Shown here: positions 1 to 7,926 of the stretch, piece after piece
Layout: every line of letters starts with the position of its first letter
Numbering within the stretch: the first letter of the stretch is position 1
IMG/VR virus record: IMGVR_UViG_3300020183_000008
Location: 91,271 to 155,270 of that record
Source of the DNA: a virus
DNA: 64,000 nucleotides
Reading direction: 5' to 3' (one strand)
Made by a program: the position numbers and the translations under genes
The notes under the pieces: model-generated
Seen by the model: the letters and a program-made list of their open reading frames with translations, nothing else
Databases searched by the model: none
What the model was told of the DNA's origin: nothing

Positions 1-716
1 AAAATACCTGAATCTTCATCGTGCCGAGAAAATGCATAAGCCGTGGGATAAGCCATCGACCCTTGAGCAAACACGGTAGATGAATCAGTCACACCATCAG
101 GGTGCGCTCCGAAATTGACCCCCTGAACTGTGCGAATTCTGTACTGAAGCTGAACACGCGAAGTTGTAGATGTGCCGATAGGAGAAAAATAAATATCATC
201 TTCGAGGGGTGTGATGCCACTCTGTACATTACCATAAGGATAAATTGTGTTCGTGCTAGGTTTACCTTGAGAAACTAAGGGTTCTAACTGCATGTACCAC
301 AATTCGAGAATAACCAAATCTTGCCGAGCACCCGTGCCTGGAGCAGGTGGTAAGGTGATCACTAATTTCGAGGGATCATTGGTATTTGTCCCACCAATCT
401 CAACAAAGTCACCGAGAAGATTGAACCTAAAAGGTTTATCCAAACTATTTTTAACGATGAATGTATTAGGTGTATTTGTAAAGTTCACCCCGTACTGCTC
501 ACCACTTTGGTCATAGCCAACACTAAAAGGATTATTAGCTGGTAGGAACCCTGAAGGGTAAATAGAACTAAATGCATCTCTCGAAAGAGATGATGAGAGG
601 TCCCCGAGGAAATTCAGTTCTGAGTCGAGCGGTGGTTTACTCGGTTTGAATATAACACTCCGATAGCTCGAATCGCCTTTTTCAAGTGTTCTTGTTGTTC
701 CGTTGTAGTTTCTCAT
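1..716 (-). CDS. Tail/baseplate-associated structural protein (3'-truncated by window edge), paralog of 716..4147
   Basis: Not in the ORF track. ATG at 716 overlaps the upstream TGA. Translates MRNYNGTTRTLEKGDSSYRSVIFKPSKPPLDSELN...RQDLVILELW...RVQLQYRIRTVQGVNF...VFAQG, colinear with the N-terminal domain of 716..4147. Confidence 0.7.
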   Translation of the reverse strand, partial: MRNYNGTTRTLEKGDSSYRSVIFKPSKPPLDSELNFLGDLSSSLSRDAFSSIYPSGFLPANNPFSVGYDQSGEQYGVNFTNTPNTFIVKNSLDKPFRFNLLGDFVEIGGTNTNDPSKLVITLPPAPGTGARQDLVILELWYMQLEPLVSQGKPSTNTIYPYGNVQSGITPLEDDIYFSPIGTSTTSRVQLQYRIRTVQGVNFGAHPDGVTDSSTVFAQGSMAYPTAYAFSRHDEDSGI

Positions 717-3700
717 CAATCAACCTTCGTTCTGACTTTGATAATACGATCAGTTGGATAAAAGAGTTCAGCCGCACCTAAAATTCGGTTCGCTTCATTC
801 TTCTGCCCTGTAGTCGATACAACCACCGCATTGTTGTTAATTATTAGGGAATTAGCTTTACCTTGTTTTAATAAATTAAATTCAGGGGTTGAAACCCACT
901 CTGCGGATGCAGTGGATGTCAGGGTGAATAACAACAATTCGTTTTTGTAAATCCCGCGACCTACTGCGATGCCATAAACTATGTTCATAGTATTTTGACC
1001 TGTGCGGTACATGATCTTCACTTCAGAAGACACAGCAGGTGCGTTTTTCAAAATGATCGTGTTATCCCTACCTCTAATTTCATCAATACTCTCAGGATCT
1101 AATTCTACCCCATCAACAAATACTTTAAGGTCGGGCATGTATATTTCATAGCAATCAGTGATATTTGTTCCTGAAAAAGCTGTTTTCAAATTCAAAAAGC
1201 TATCACTCTGAACAGTATGAACAGTGTACCAAGTCGTTGTCCCGAAAGGTCTGATTTTCATCCCAGGTACAAGAACTCGCGTGAAAAAACTACCGACCCC
1301 ATTCACGGTTCTTTGTCCATTTTGAAAAGTAGCCACTTCATCAGGAATAAAAAGTCTACTTAGACAATAAGTACCGTAAATGTTCAGTATAGGCTCGCGA
1401 GTAGTAAATATCTTATTTGTCCCTGTGGTCTGAACGCTAAGATCCTCTTCGATCAGATCTGAAAATTTTCCACCTTGAATACTTATTTTCGGTGAAATTA
1501 AAGCTAAACCACGTCTTGGATAATTAGGAGATGAAGAACTTGAAATCTTTTTGAAAACAAGACGGTCACCTTCCTCCAAGGGTTTAGTTTCGGGAAAATA
1601 AGAAAACGTGTAGTGAAATTTATTGGTAGCACCTTTGTTTTCGACAGCGAAAGATGACACGTTTCTACTTGTGAATTCATAATCGTAGTCGGTGGAATTG
1701 ATTGGAAGGCGTATTGTTTTTCCAACCTCGTGGTCGTTTCGAACAACACCCCCTGTGCCATTCGATGTTACGATCACATCATTTGATAAATACACCAAGT
1801 CAGCTTCCAACTCTTCATCATCAGATAAGGTATTCGAAAGACCTTGGTAAGGAATTGATGAATAAAGAATTGAGTAAAGGTCTGTGCCTAAAGGAGCGTA
1901 ACTGCCTAGAACAGGAATTCGAACGGTCTTTCCTGCGGGAGGGGCAGTTAGAAAACTAACCGTTAAACTTATTGTATTTAAACCTGTGATAGTATCGATT
2001 TCTAACCAGGCACCATCTGTAGTCAAAGAATCAGAAATGAAACAACCATACTTATAGGTGTTTGGTGTATCCTGATAACCAGCCAAGGCGTATACATACT
2101 CCATCCTGTTACCAGTCGAGGTCGCTTGCCTGATTGTGTAGTTTTTTTGATCAGCTACGGTGGTGATAGTCAAATAAGTCGTTCGGACAAAGTTTACCAA
2201 ACCTCTATTTGGTGTGATGACCTCACAGCCCGTACCACCTAGCAACAGAGTAATTTTTATTACATCCGTGCTCGCCGGAAAGTAGGATGCGAAATTCACC
2301 TCGTAACTACCATCTGATTTTCTGGTTATTTTTGCATTTTGACCGAAGCCGAGAGGCAAATCAGCAGCGGTGTCAGCCTTCTGTACTCGCATGACAGTCA
2401 ACACAGCCATGTTATCGATGGTAGCAGGGACGGTCACTTTTGAAGTCCCGTTACCTACAGTATGCCAAACCCGTTCTACCAAACCACCTTTAATATCTTC
2501 TCTTGCTGTAGTCGGATTGATGAAATTAGAGGCAGGTCGAATGAAAGCACTGTCCAAGTATCCGTTAATGGTTCTTGTTACAGCGAGATTTCTGATTTTT
2601 TGATCCCGAGACCATAAGACTTCTTTTGAGGTCAAATCATCACGAACAGAATAAAAATCCGTAGGTAAATAGGATAGACCAGAACCCGCAGGTAACACTA
2701 AATCATACTCAACAAGAAGGGGTTTGCCTAGAATATCGTTGTTGTTAAGTGGTTTAAACGTAACTTTATTTTTCTTTAGCCTATCCCCAAGATTAACCCA
2801 ACCAGAAATGCCCACCGATGTGTCAGCCGATATTTCCGAACCCGTCGTAGCGTTGGTTACTTTAGGAATCTTCTTTAACCCGATGAAGGGGTTGTAATCT
2901 TGGTAGTCATCTGAGTCAGCACTCGTATAAAAAACAGGAGGTTCAATCTCTAACCTACCGTTCACTAAACTACCCGCTGTAATGTACTGAACTACACGCT
3001 CAGTCATTTCGTTATCAGTGAAGGATCTACGAATTCCATTTGGTTTTCGTAGCATATTGTCCGCAATACCTGATCTTTCAGTTGTGGAAATACCATCGAC
3101 CTGAAGATTTTTTGCGGAAAATAATTCAGATGTGCCACCAAGAGAAAGACGATTAGGTAACCCATCCAAGATATCTCTTAGAGATTTGTCAGCGAGTGAG
3201 GGGTAATTTATATTGAAGTCGACCACATGACGAAGGTCCTCAATTTCATGGTCTGCGATTTCATCTACGAAAAGACCATCAGGACGATCGCTTACAAGGT
3301 CTTCAATTTTTTTATTTCCACCGTTCAAATTTGTTGAACTGTACGCTAAACGATTTCTACGGTGAATCGCACAAACAGGTAATGCATAGACATACCCATC
3401 AACGGTACCTAATGCACTCGTATCTGTATTTGTGCCACCTCCAGCAATAAAATGACCTTGAGGTGTTTTAACAAAATTTTTACCGATGATAGGACTTGTT
3501 TTTGCTCCTTGCGCAAAAACAGCGGGATGGTCTACACCTTCTCGAAATGATAGAAAATCCACACCTTCGACTACACGGTAACGATACTTGATTTGAGTAC
3601 GTTTCGTCGTTTCGCGACCGATGTTAGAATCAACTAAATCATTTGCGATCGGAGTACCTGCGTACTGCGAGTTTCCATATTTTGGAATGTAGGAATCACT

Positions 3701-4147
3701 TGAAATAACCTCTTCCCACACCTCAAGGAAAACCAAATCTTCTCGACTGCCGATGGATGGACCATCACCGATGATGAAGAAACTTGAGTTCTCATCACCA
3801 TTGCCCAACATCTGCCAAACATTCTGCGTCGCATTAGCTTGGAACTGATTAGTTCCCCCGCCAACGTGAAACACATGCCCGTTTATCAACACAGTAGGGT
3901 TAGGAATGGAAATCGTATGTTTCCACACATTCGTTCCACTCGAAGGACGACCTGTAATTGGACCTTTGATAACGAAACCACTCGTCGTTATCGCGGATAC
4001 CAAGTTTCGGAGATTTTCCACACCGATCGCCTGAACAAGGTTCCACTCACTGTCGAGAGGAGGACGAAGAGGTTGAAAAACGACTCCTGTAAAGGATCTG
4101 TCTTCCGCTGGAAGCACTCTACTGGTTTTGTTTCCTAAATTCCTCAA
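716..4147 (-). CDS. Large virion structural protein (baseplate/tail-fibre attachment; DUF6519-like N-terminus)
   Basis: 1143 aa, Thr/Ser/Gly-rich beta composition. N-terminal PPLDSEWN and DLVFLEVW motifs shared with 1..716 and 34027..35280. Confidence 0.6.
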   Translation of the reverse strand: MRNLGNKTSRVLPAEDRSFTGVVFQPLRPPLDSEWNLVQAIGVENLRNLVSAITTSGFVIKGPITGRPSSGTNVWKHTISIPNPTVLINGHVFHVGGGTNQFQANATQNVWQMLGNGDENSSFFIIGDGPSIGSREDLVFLEVWEEVISSDSYIPKYGNSQYAGTPIANDLVDSNIGRETTKRTQIKYRYRVVEGVDFLSFREGVDHPAVFAQGAKTSPIIGKNFVKTPQGHFIAGGGTNTDTSALGTVDGYVYALPVCAIHRRNRLAYSSTNLNGGNKKIEDLVSDRPDGLFVDEIADHEIEDLRHVVDFNINYPSLADKSLRDILDGLPNRLSLGGTSELFSAKNLQVDGISTTERSGIADNMLRKPNGIRRSFTDNEMTERVVQYITAGSLVNGRLEIEPPVFYTSADSDDYQDYNPFIGLKKIPKVTNATTGSEISADTSVGISGWVNLGDRLKKNKVTFKPLNNNDILGKPLLVEYDLVLPAGSGLSYLPTDFYSVRDDLTSKEVLWSRDQKIRNLAVTRTINGYLDSAFIRPASNFINPTTAREDIKGGLVERVWHTVGNGTSKVTVPATIDNMAVLTVMRVQKADTAADLPLGFGQNAKITRKSDGSYEVNFASYFPASTDVIKITLLLGGTGCEVITPNRGLVNFVRTTYLTITTVADQKNYTIRQATSTGNRMEYVYALAGYQDTPNTYKYGCFISDSLTTDGAWLEIDTITGLNTISLTVSFLTAPPAGKTVRIPVLGSYAPLGTDLYSILYSSIPYQGLSNTLSDDEELEADLVYLSNDVIVTSNGTGGVVRNDHEVGKTIRLPINSTDYDYEFTSRNVSSFAVENKGATNKFHYTFSYFPETKPLEEGDRLVFKKISSSSSPNYPRRGLALISPKISIQGGKFSDLIEEDLSVQTTGTNKIFTTREPILNIYGTYCLSRLFIPDEVATFQNGQRTVNGVGSFFTRVLVPGMKIRPFGTTTWYTVHTVQSDSFLNLKTAFSGTNITDCYEIYMPDLKVFVDGVELDPESIDEIRGRDNTIILKNAPAVSSEVKIMYRTGQNTMNIVYGIAVGRGIYKNELLLFTLTSTASAEWVSTPEFNLLKQGKANSLIINNNAVVVSTTGQKNEANRILGAAELFYPTDRIIKVRTKVD

Positions 4148-4247
4148 ACTCTTTCTCCCTTTACACTCTTACGCGATGCAATTATCAAAACTTTACGAGT
4201 TCAGGATTTCTGATCAACTAAGCATAGTTCTTAGAATTATTGCTTAA

Positions 4248-4526
4248 TTAGCAGAACACAGCTCCCGAATACCTTCCGTTCGATATATAAAGCGTAACTC
4301 CATAAAGGGTGAAATCCATTTTTTGCACACACTCAGGGCAAAGAAAAGCATCGAAATGCTCGAAGTCCCCAACGATGCCTTCACCGATAGGATCTCCATC
4401 TTTATAGACGTTCCCAACAACACCTAACCCCAAAGTATGTACTTCCACATCACCTTGGTAGGAGCATCTTGAGCACGACCATCCCTTACACACAAATACA
4501 CTTGTTTTTATCTTCGGAAGTTCCAT
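4248..4526 (-). CDS. Small zinc-ribbon-like hypothetical protein
   Basis: 92 aa with CSRC and CPEC pairs. Confidence 0.55.
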   Translation of the reverse strand: MELPKIKTSVFVCKGWSCSRCSYQGDVEVHTLGLGVVGNVYKDGDPIGEGIVGDFEHFDAFLCPECVQKMDFTLYGVTLYISNGRYSGAVFC

Positions 4527-4602
4527 CCTAAGATGATAGCAAATTTAATACAAACACAATTCTCATTTCAAAAACATCCACAAAGATGTCTGAAATAAAT
4601 TT

Positions 4603-4729
4603 ATGCTCATAAGAAACTACTCACTCTGGTCGCTCATATCAGAGAATTTCGACTCACCTCGTATCCCTTTTGGAGCTTGGCATCGAGTCTACAGTTAAGA
4701 GGGTTTTCTAGCTTCAGGAGCTCAAGCAT
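4603..4729 (-). ncRNA. Possible structured RNA domain (third of cluster)
   Basis: Minus-strand helices by eye: AUGCUU(4729-4724)/GAGCAU(4608-4603) enclosing GACUC/GAGUC and CUCUG/CAGAG; no ORF. Confidence 0.3.
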
Positions 4730-4750
4730 CCTGTCCTAACTGTTTGTTTT

Positions 4751-4807
4751 TACTGTTTCTTATAGATGTTTTTCTTCTTTTCCTATTTCAGTTTTTTGTC
4801 TTTGTTT
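4751..4807. repeat. Partial third copy of the 94-bp direct repeat at 5732/5906
   Basis: TACTGTTTCTTATAGATGTTTTTCTTCT..CCTATT.CAGTTTTTTGTCTTTGTTT, two mismatches to the other copies. Confidence 0.9.
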
Positions 4808-4822
4808 TTTTTCGAACTTTCG

Positions 4823-5054
4823 GGGCTTCACTTTTCATCGTGTCCGTCCAACCACGAGGCTTTCACCTCGATTCTCCGAGCATCTCGACGAGCTTTCATT
4901 TCTAAAAGCGGGGCGAGTGTCTTCTCTGGTCCATCCGTTTCACAGGTAACTTCTTGGGTCGTCGACCCTTGTCGCTACGAGCTACCCACCGCAGACACCC
5001 AACTTAAACTATCGTTCGGTGACGCTACAGGAGATGATGTTATCGGCTGTGCCC
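4823..5054 (-). ncRNA. Predicted ~230-nt structured non-coding RNA of unknown class
   Basis: Seven nested helices (several with G-U pairs, favouring the minus strand) plus a CGAGGU-GAAA-GCCUCG GNRA hairpin; GC-richer than flanks. Confidence 0.6.
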
Positions 5055-5061
5055 TGACCTA

Positions 5062-5627
5062 GTTCAGATGATGCTGTAAAGATTGCACAGGGATGAAATA
5101 GTTCACCCCTTCGAACCAACAGCCTATGCTCCCACAAGACTGACCTACATGAAGACCATTACTTCAGAAAGTGATGGTAGTGAACATCACCCATTTCCAT
5201 AAACCTTTTGCCCTTAACTTCTCAGGTAAACAGTAGCGGAATTCAATCCATTCCCATAAACCTAGATACGCTTCTATGAAGACCATCAATCAAGAAGGTA
5301 ACAGTAGCGGAATTCAACCCATTCCCATAAACCTTTCCCACCAACTTCTCCAAGATAAACAGTAGCGGAATTCAATCCATTCCCATAAACCCTAGATACG
5401 CTCCTACGAAGACCATTAAAGACAAGAAGGTAACAGTAGCGGAATTCAATCCATTCCCATGAACCTTTGACTTAACTTCTCTGAAGGATTGCAGTAGCGG
5501 AATTCAATCCATTCCCACAAACCTTAGATACGCTTCTGCAAGTGTTACTTGCTTACAGAATGAACTCTGTCTTTCGGTAAACTAACTATCAAGAATAGAT
5601 ACCTGTTCACACATTGTTCATCTGAAC
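5062..5627 (-). ncRNA. Predicted ~566-nt ncRNA enclosing a repeat array
   Basis: Predicted +1 near 5627 begins GUUCAGAUGA, perfectly complementary to UCAUCUGAAC at 5071-5062. Further nested helices ACAGG/CCUGU, AUAGUU/AACUAU, CGAA/UUCG. Confidence 0.6.
5175..5523. repeat. CRISPR-like array of 32-bp repeats with alternating related spacers
   Basis: CAGTAGCGGAATTCAATCCATTCCCATAAACC at 5231, 5302, 5360, 5434, 5492 (0-1 mismatch), plus a degenerate copy at 5175-5205; spacers 25/39/26/42/26 bp. Confidence 0.95.
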
Positions 5628-5633
5628 GATTAC

Positions 5634-5663
5634 ATAATAGACAGACAATTTCGGCGGAGTCAA
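5634..5663 (-). promoter_or_regulatory. Sigma70-type promoter reading into the repeat array, containing the TCCGCCGAAAT box
   Basis: Minus strand TTGACT-18 nt-TATTAT. Confidence 0.65.
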
Positions 5664-5731
5664 TAACTCATCTAAGATTTTCAAAATAAATATACTTGAC
5701 TACTTTTGATGCATTTAATCGAGGGCAGTCT

Positions 5732-5999
5732 TACTGTTTCTTATAGATGTTTTTCTTCTCTTCCTATTACAGTTTTTTGTCTTTGTTTCAAAGAAACAAA
5801 GTAAGAGGGTAAGATCTATATCTATTTATATTTATATTTATAATGATCTAAAATATAGCATTTTATGTTTGATTACTTTTATAGCACTATGACATGATAG
5901 ATACCTACTGTTTCTTATAGATGTTTTTCTTCTCTTCCTATTACAGTTTTTTGTCTTTGTTTCAAAGAAACAAAGTAAGAGGGTAAGATCTATATCTAT
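5732..5999. repeat. Two identical 94-bp direct repeats (5732-5825, 5906-5999) flanking an AT-rich spacer
   Basis: Direct comparison; each copy contains the inverted repeat CTTTGTTTC-AAA-GAAACAAAG. Confidence 0.95.
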
Positions 6000-6044
6000 A
6001 AATATTGAGTAAAGGATAGTTCATAGGAGAAGAGAAGAGGATAG

Positions 6045-6092
6045 GGATACCTCATAGGATACCTCATAGGATACCTCATAGGATACCTCATA
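6045..6092. repeat. 4 x 12-bp tandem repeat GGATACCTCATA (iteron-like)
   Basis: Four exact copies, with degenerate copies near 6014 and 6101. Confidence 0.95.
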
Positions 6093-6161
6093 GAAGAGAA
6101 GAGTAGCTCATAGGGTGAGATAAATCGTTCATCCTTTTCAACCTACGGATGGGGGTGAAAG

Positions 6162-6704
6162 GTGAGTGCTTTAAAGGCAGAACTCAAAAGAGTTGTGAAA
6201 TTCGCTGAAAGCCTAGGACTCAAGGTGCATTTCATAGATGCGTATAAGCGCGATTACCACGGTTGTTATATGCACCCTGAGAAATTCGAACCTGGCATAA
6301 TCGAAGTTTGTAAAACCAGAAGAACCACCATCACTTTTCAAATCATCACCTTGCTTCATGAGATAGGTCACCATCTTGACTTCATCGAATCAGGGAAGAT
6401 GCCAGATTCCTATAATCTCATCGATTCCGATGACTGTCCCGATTGGGCTAGGAAATCAATCTTTAAAGCGGAAAGGCGTGCCTGTAAGCACGCTGAAAAG
6501 CTGTACTGGACTTTGAGACTCCGAGTTCCTTTTTGGAAGGTCAAAATGGAATTGTCTTTGGATATTTTCCTGTACCGCATGTTCAAAAATACAGGGGACT
6601 ATCCAACCACGAAACAGTATGAAAGTTTTCGGCGGAATTGGAAAAAGAGGTTTAAGGAAAGATATTCAAAAGATACACCCCCAAGGAGTAAACTGATTGA
6701 TTGA
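6162..6704 (+). CDS. ImmA/IrrE-like zinc metallopeptidase domain protein
   Basis: TLLHEIGHH (HExxH) with downstream E (AERRA). Confidence 0.65.
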   Translation: MSALKAELKRVVKFAESLGLKVHFIDAYKRDYHGCYMHPEKFEPGIIEVCKTRRTTITFQIITLLHEIGHHLDFIESGKMPDSYNLIDSDDCPDWARKSIFKAERRACKHAEKLYWTLRLRVPFWKVKMELSLDIFLYRMFKNTGDYPTTKQYESFRRNWKKRFKERYSKDTPPRSKLID

Positions 6705-6729
6705 CTTTCCGCCGATTTGACCTTAGCCT
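6701..6729 (+). promoter_or_regulatory. Sigma70-type promoter with TCCGCCGA box, upstream of dksA/traR
   Basis: TTGACT-17 nt-TAGCCT; the spacer begins TTCCGCCGAT. Confidence 0.55.
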
Positions 6730-6748
6730 TTTTAAAAGAGGTACAATC

Positions 6749-7288
6749 ATGTCAAAGCGTGTGAGTAAGAGCAGTCTAAAAACTGTTTCTAAAAATTCTG
6801 TAAAAAAACCATCTCAAGCAAAACCATCCGTGAAGGGTTCATCTGCACATCTCAGCAGCCCTAAAAAGGTATCAAACAAGCCCAAGGGTGAGGTTAAAAA
6901 AACTTCGAAGGTGGTTTCCCCTGTCACAGACAAACAGGGGTATGTGCCAAAAGTAAAAGAATTAAAAAGTGAATTGAAACAACATCTGCTTAACGAAAAG
7001 GCTGATATTGAAAAAAGAATCTCCGCGATTCAATTCAGACCCTCTGAATCAACGGGTGATTTCGGGGATATTAGTTCAGCCCTCTCGGATGAGGGTCTTC
7101 TTTTGATCGAACGTGACCGGTTGATCGATCAGCTTGAAAAGGTTAAACAGGTTTTAAACAGACTAACGACAAACAAGTATTTTGCGAACTGCGATGATTG
7201 CGGGGAAGAGATCGAGTATAAACGTCTTATCTTCATCCCGACAGCTCGTCGTTGCGTTCATTGTCAACAAAACGCAGAGAGAAAATGA
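6749..7288 (+). CDS. DksA/TraR-family C4 zinc-finger transcription factor with Lys-rich N-terminal tail
   Basis: CDDCGEEIEYKRLIFIPTARRCVHCQ finger; coiled-coil tip DFGDIS (DxxD); SD GAGGT before ATG 6749. Confidence 0.9.
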   Translation: MSKRVSKSSLKTVSKNSVKKPSQAKPSVKGSSAHLSSPKKVSNKPKGEVKKTSKVVSPVTDKQGYVPKVKELKSELKQHLLNEKADIEKRISAIQFRPSESTGDFGDISSALSDEGLLLIERDRLIDQLEKVKQVLNRLTTNKYFANCDDCGEEIEYKRLIFIPTARRCVHCQQNAERK

Positions 7289-7926
7289 CGCCGATTCAAG
7301 CGATTTATGCAAGAATGCCTGTCAAACCCAAAAGTACATTACTTGTGGGTAATCGAAGCGCAGATGATTTCACAAAAACTTATTTTTCCGATGCAGATTC
7401 ACTTTACATCGATCACTTGACTAGCGAGAAAGCTGAAGAAATGATCTACTTCTCATCTTTAGCCCCTCGGGGAGATCGAAGAGTTGTGGTAGTCAATAAT
7501 CTTTGCCACTCCAGAAAAGACATTCAAGCGACTTTGCTCAAAGCGATCGAAGATTCCCCTGAACGTAGTTTTTGGGTTTTATCCGTAAAAAACCGTAACC
7601 GCATCTTGGAGCCTATCATCTCTCGATCATTTATCATGGATTGGGTTCAGTCATCCGCTGAAAACGCTCTTTTTACATCAGAACTCAAGCAACTAATTTC
7701 AAGTAAAAATTATCTTGACCTATTTAAACTTCATTTCAAAATATCTGAAATGGCTGGCAAAGATTTGGAACAAATTAAAAATTTACATCTATCTTGTTTA
7801 GCGGAATTGATGTTTTTAGTTCCCACTGAAACAGCTAAAAAAATTCAGCATTTAAGGCAAGAAATTATAGCTCAAAATAGGACTGAAGTGAGTTTCAAAT
7901 CAGCTTTGCTTGAGGTCTTGTCATGA
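7285..7926 (+). CDS. holB: DNA polymerase III delta'-like clamp-loader subunit (degenerate)
   Basis: QATLLKAIEDSP and RILEPIISRS match the delta' NALLKTLEEP and TIxSRC motifs; no intact Walker A. Confidence 0.7.
   Translation: MTPIQAIYARMPVKPKSTLLVGNRSADDFTKTYFSDADSLYIDHLTSEKAEEMIYFSSLAPRGDRRVVVVNNLCHSRKDIQATLLKAIEDSPERSFWVLSVKNRNRILEPIISRSFIMDWVQSSAENALFTSELKQLISSKNYLDLFKLHFKISEMAGKDLEQIKNLHLSCLAELMFLVPTETAKKIQHLRQEIIAQNRTEVSFKSALLEVLS

Noticed and set aside
4823-5054. tmRNA, RNase P, SRP RNA or group I/II intron
   Set aside because: No tRNA-like ends, no GAGGAAAGUCC, no SRP loop, no recognisable P7 or domain V, and no interrupted gene
4766-5062. 98-aa plus-strand ORF
   Set aside because: Starts in a low-complexity T-rich repeat (poly-Phe), has no SD, and lies antisense to the predicted structured RNA
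5175-5523. Canonical CRISPR array
   Set aside because: Spacers fall into two alternating homologous families of very different length and no cas operon is present. The Cas4-like nuclease at 24554 lies in the recombination operon
5175-5523. Coding repeat protein (e.g. VYGNGLNSATV units on the minus strand)
   Set aside because: Repeat periods of 71/58/74/58 nt shift the frame, the frames checked hit stops, and the ORF track shows no ORF here
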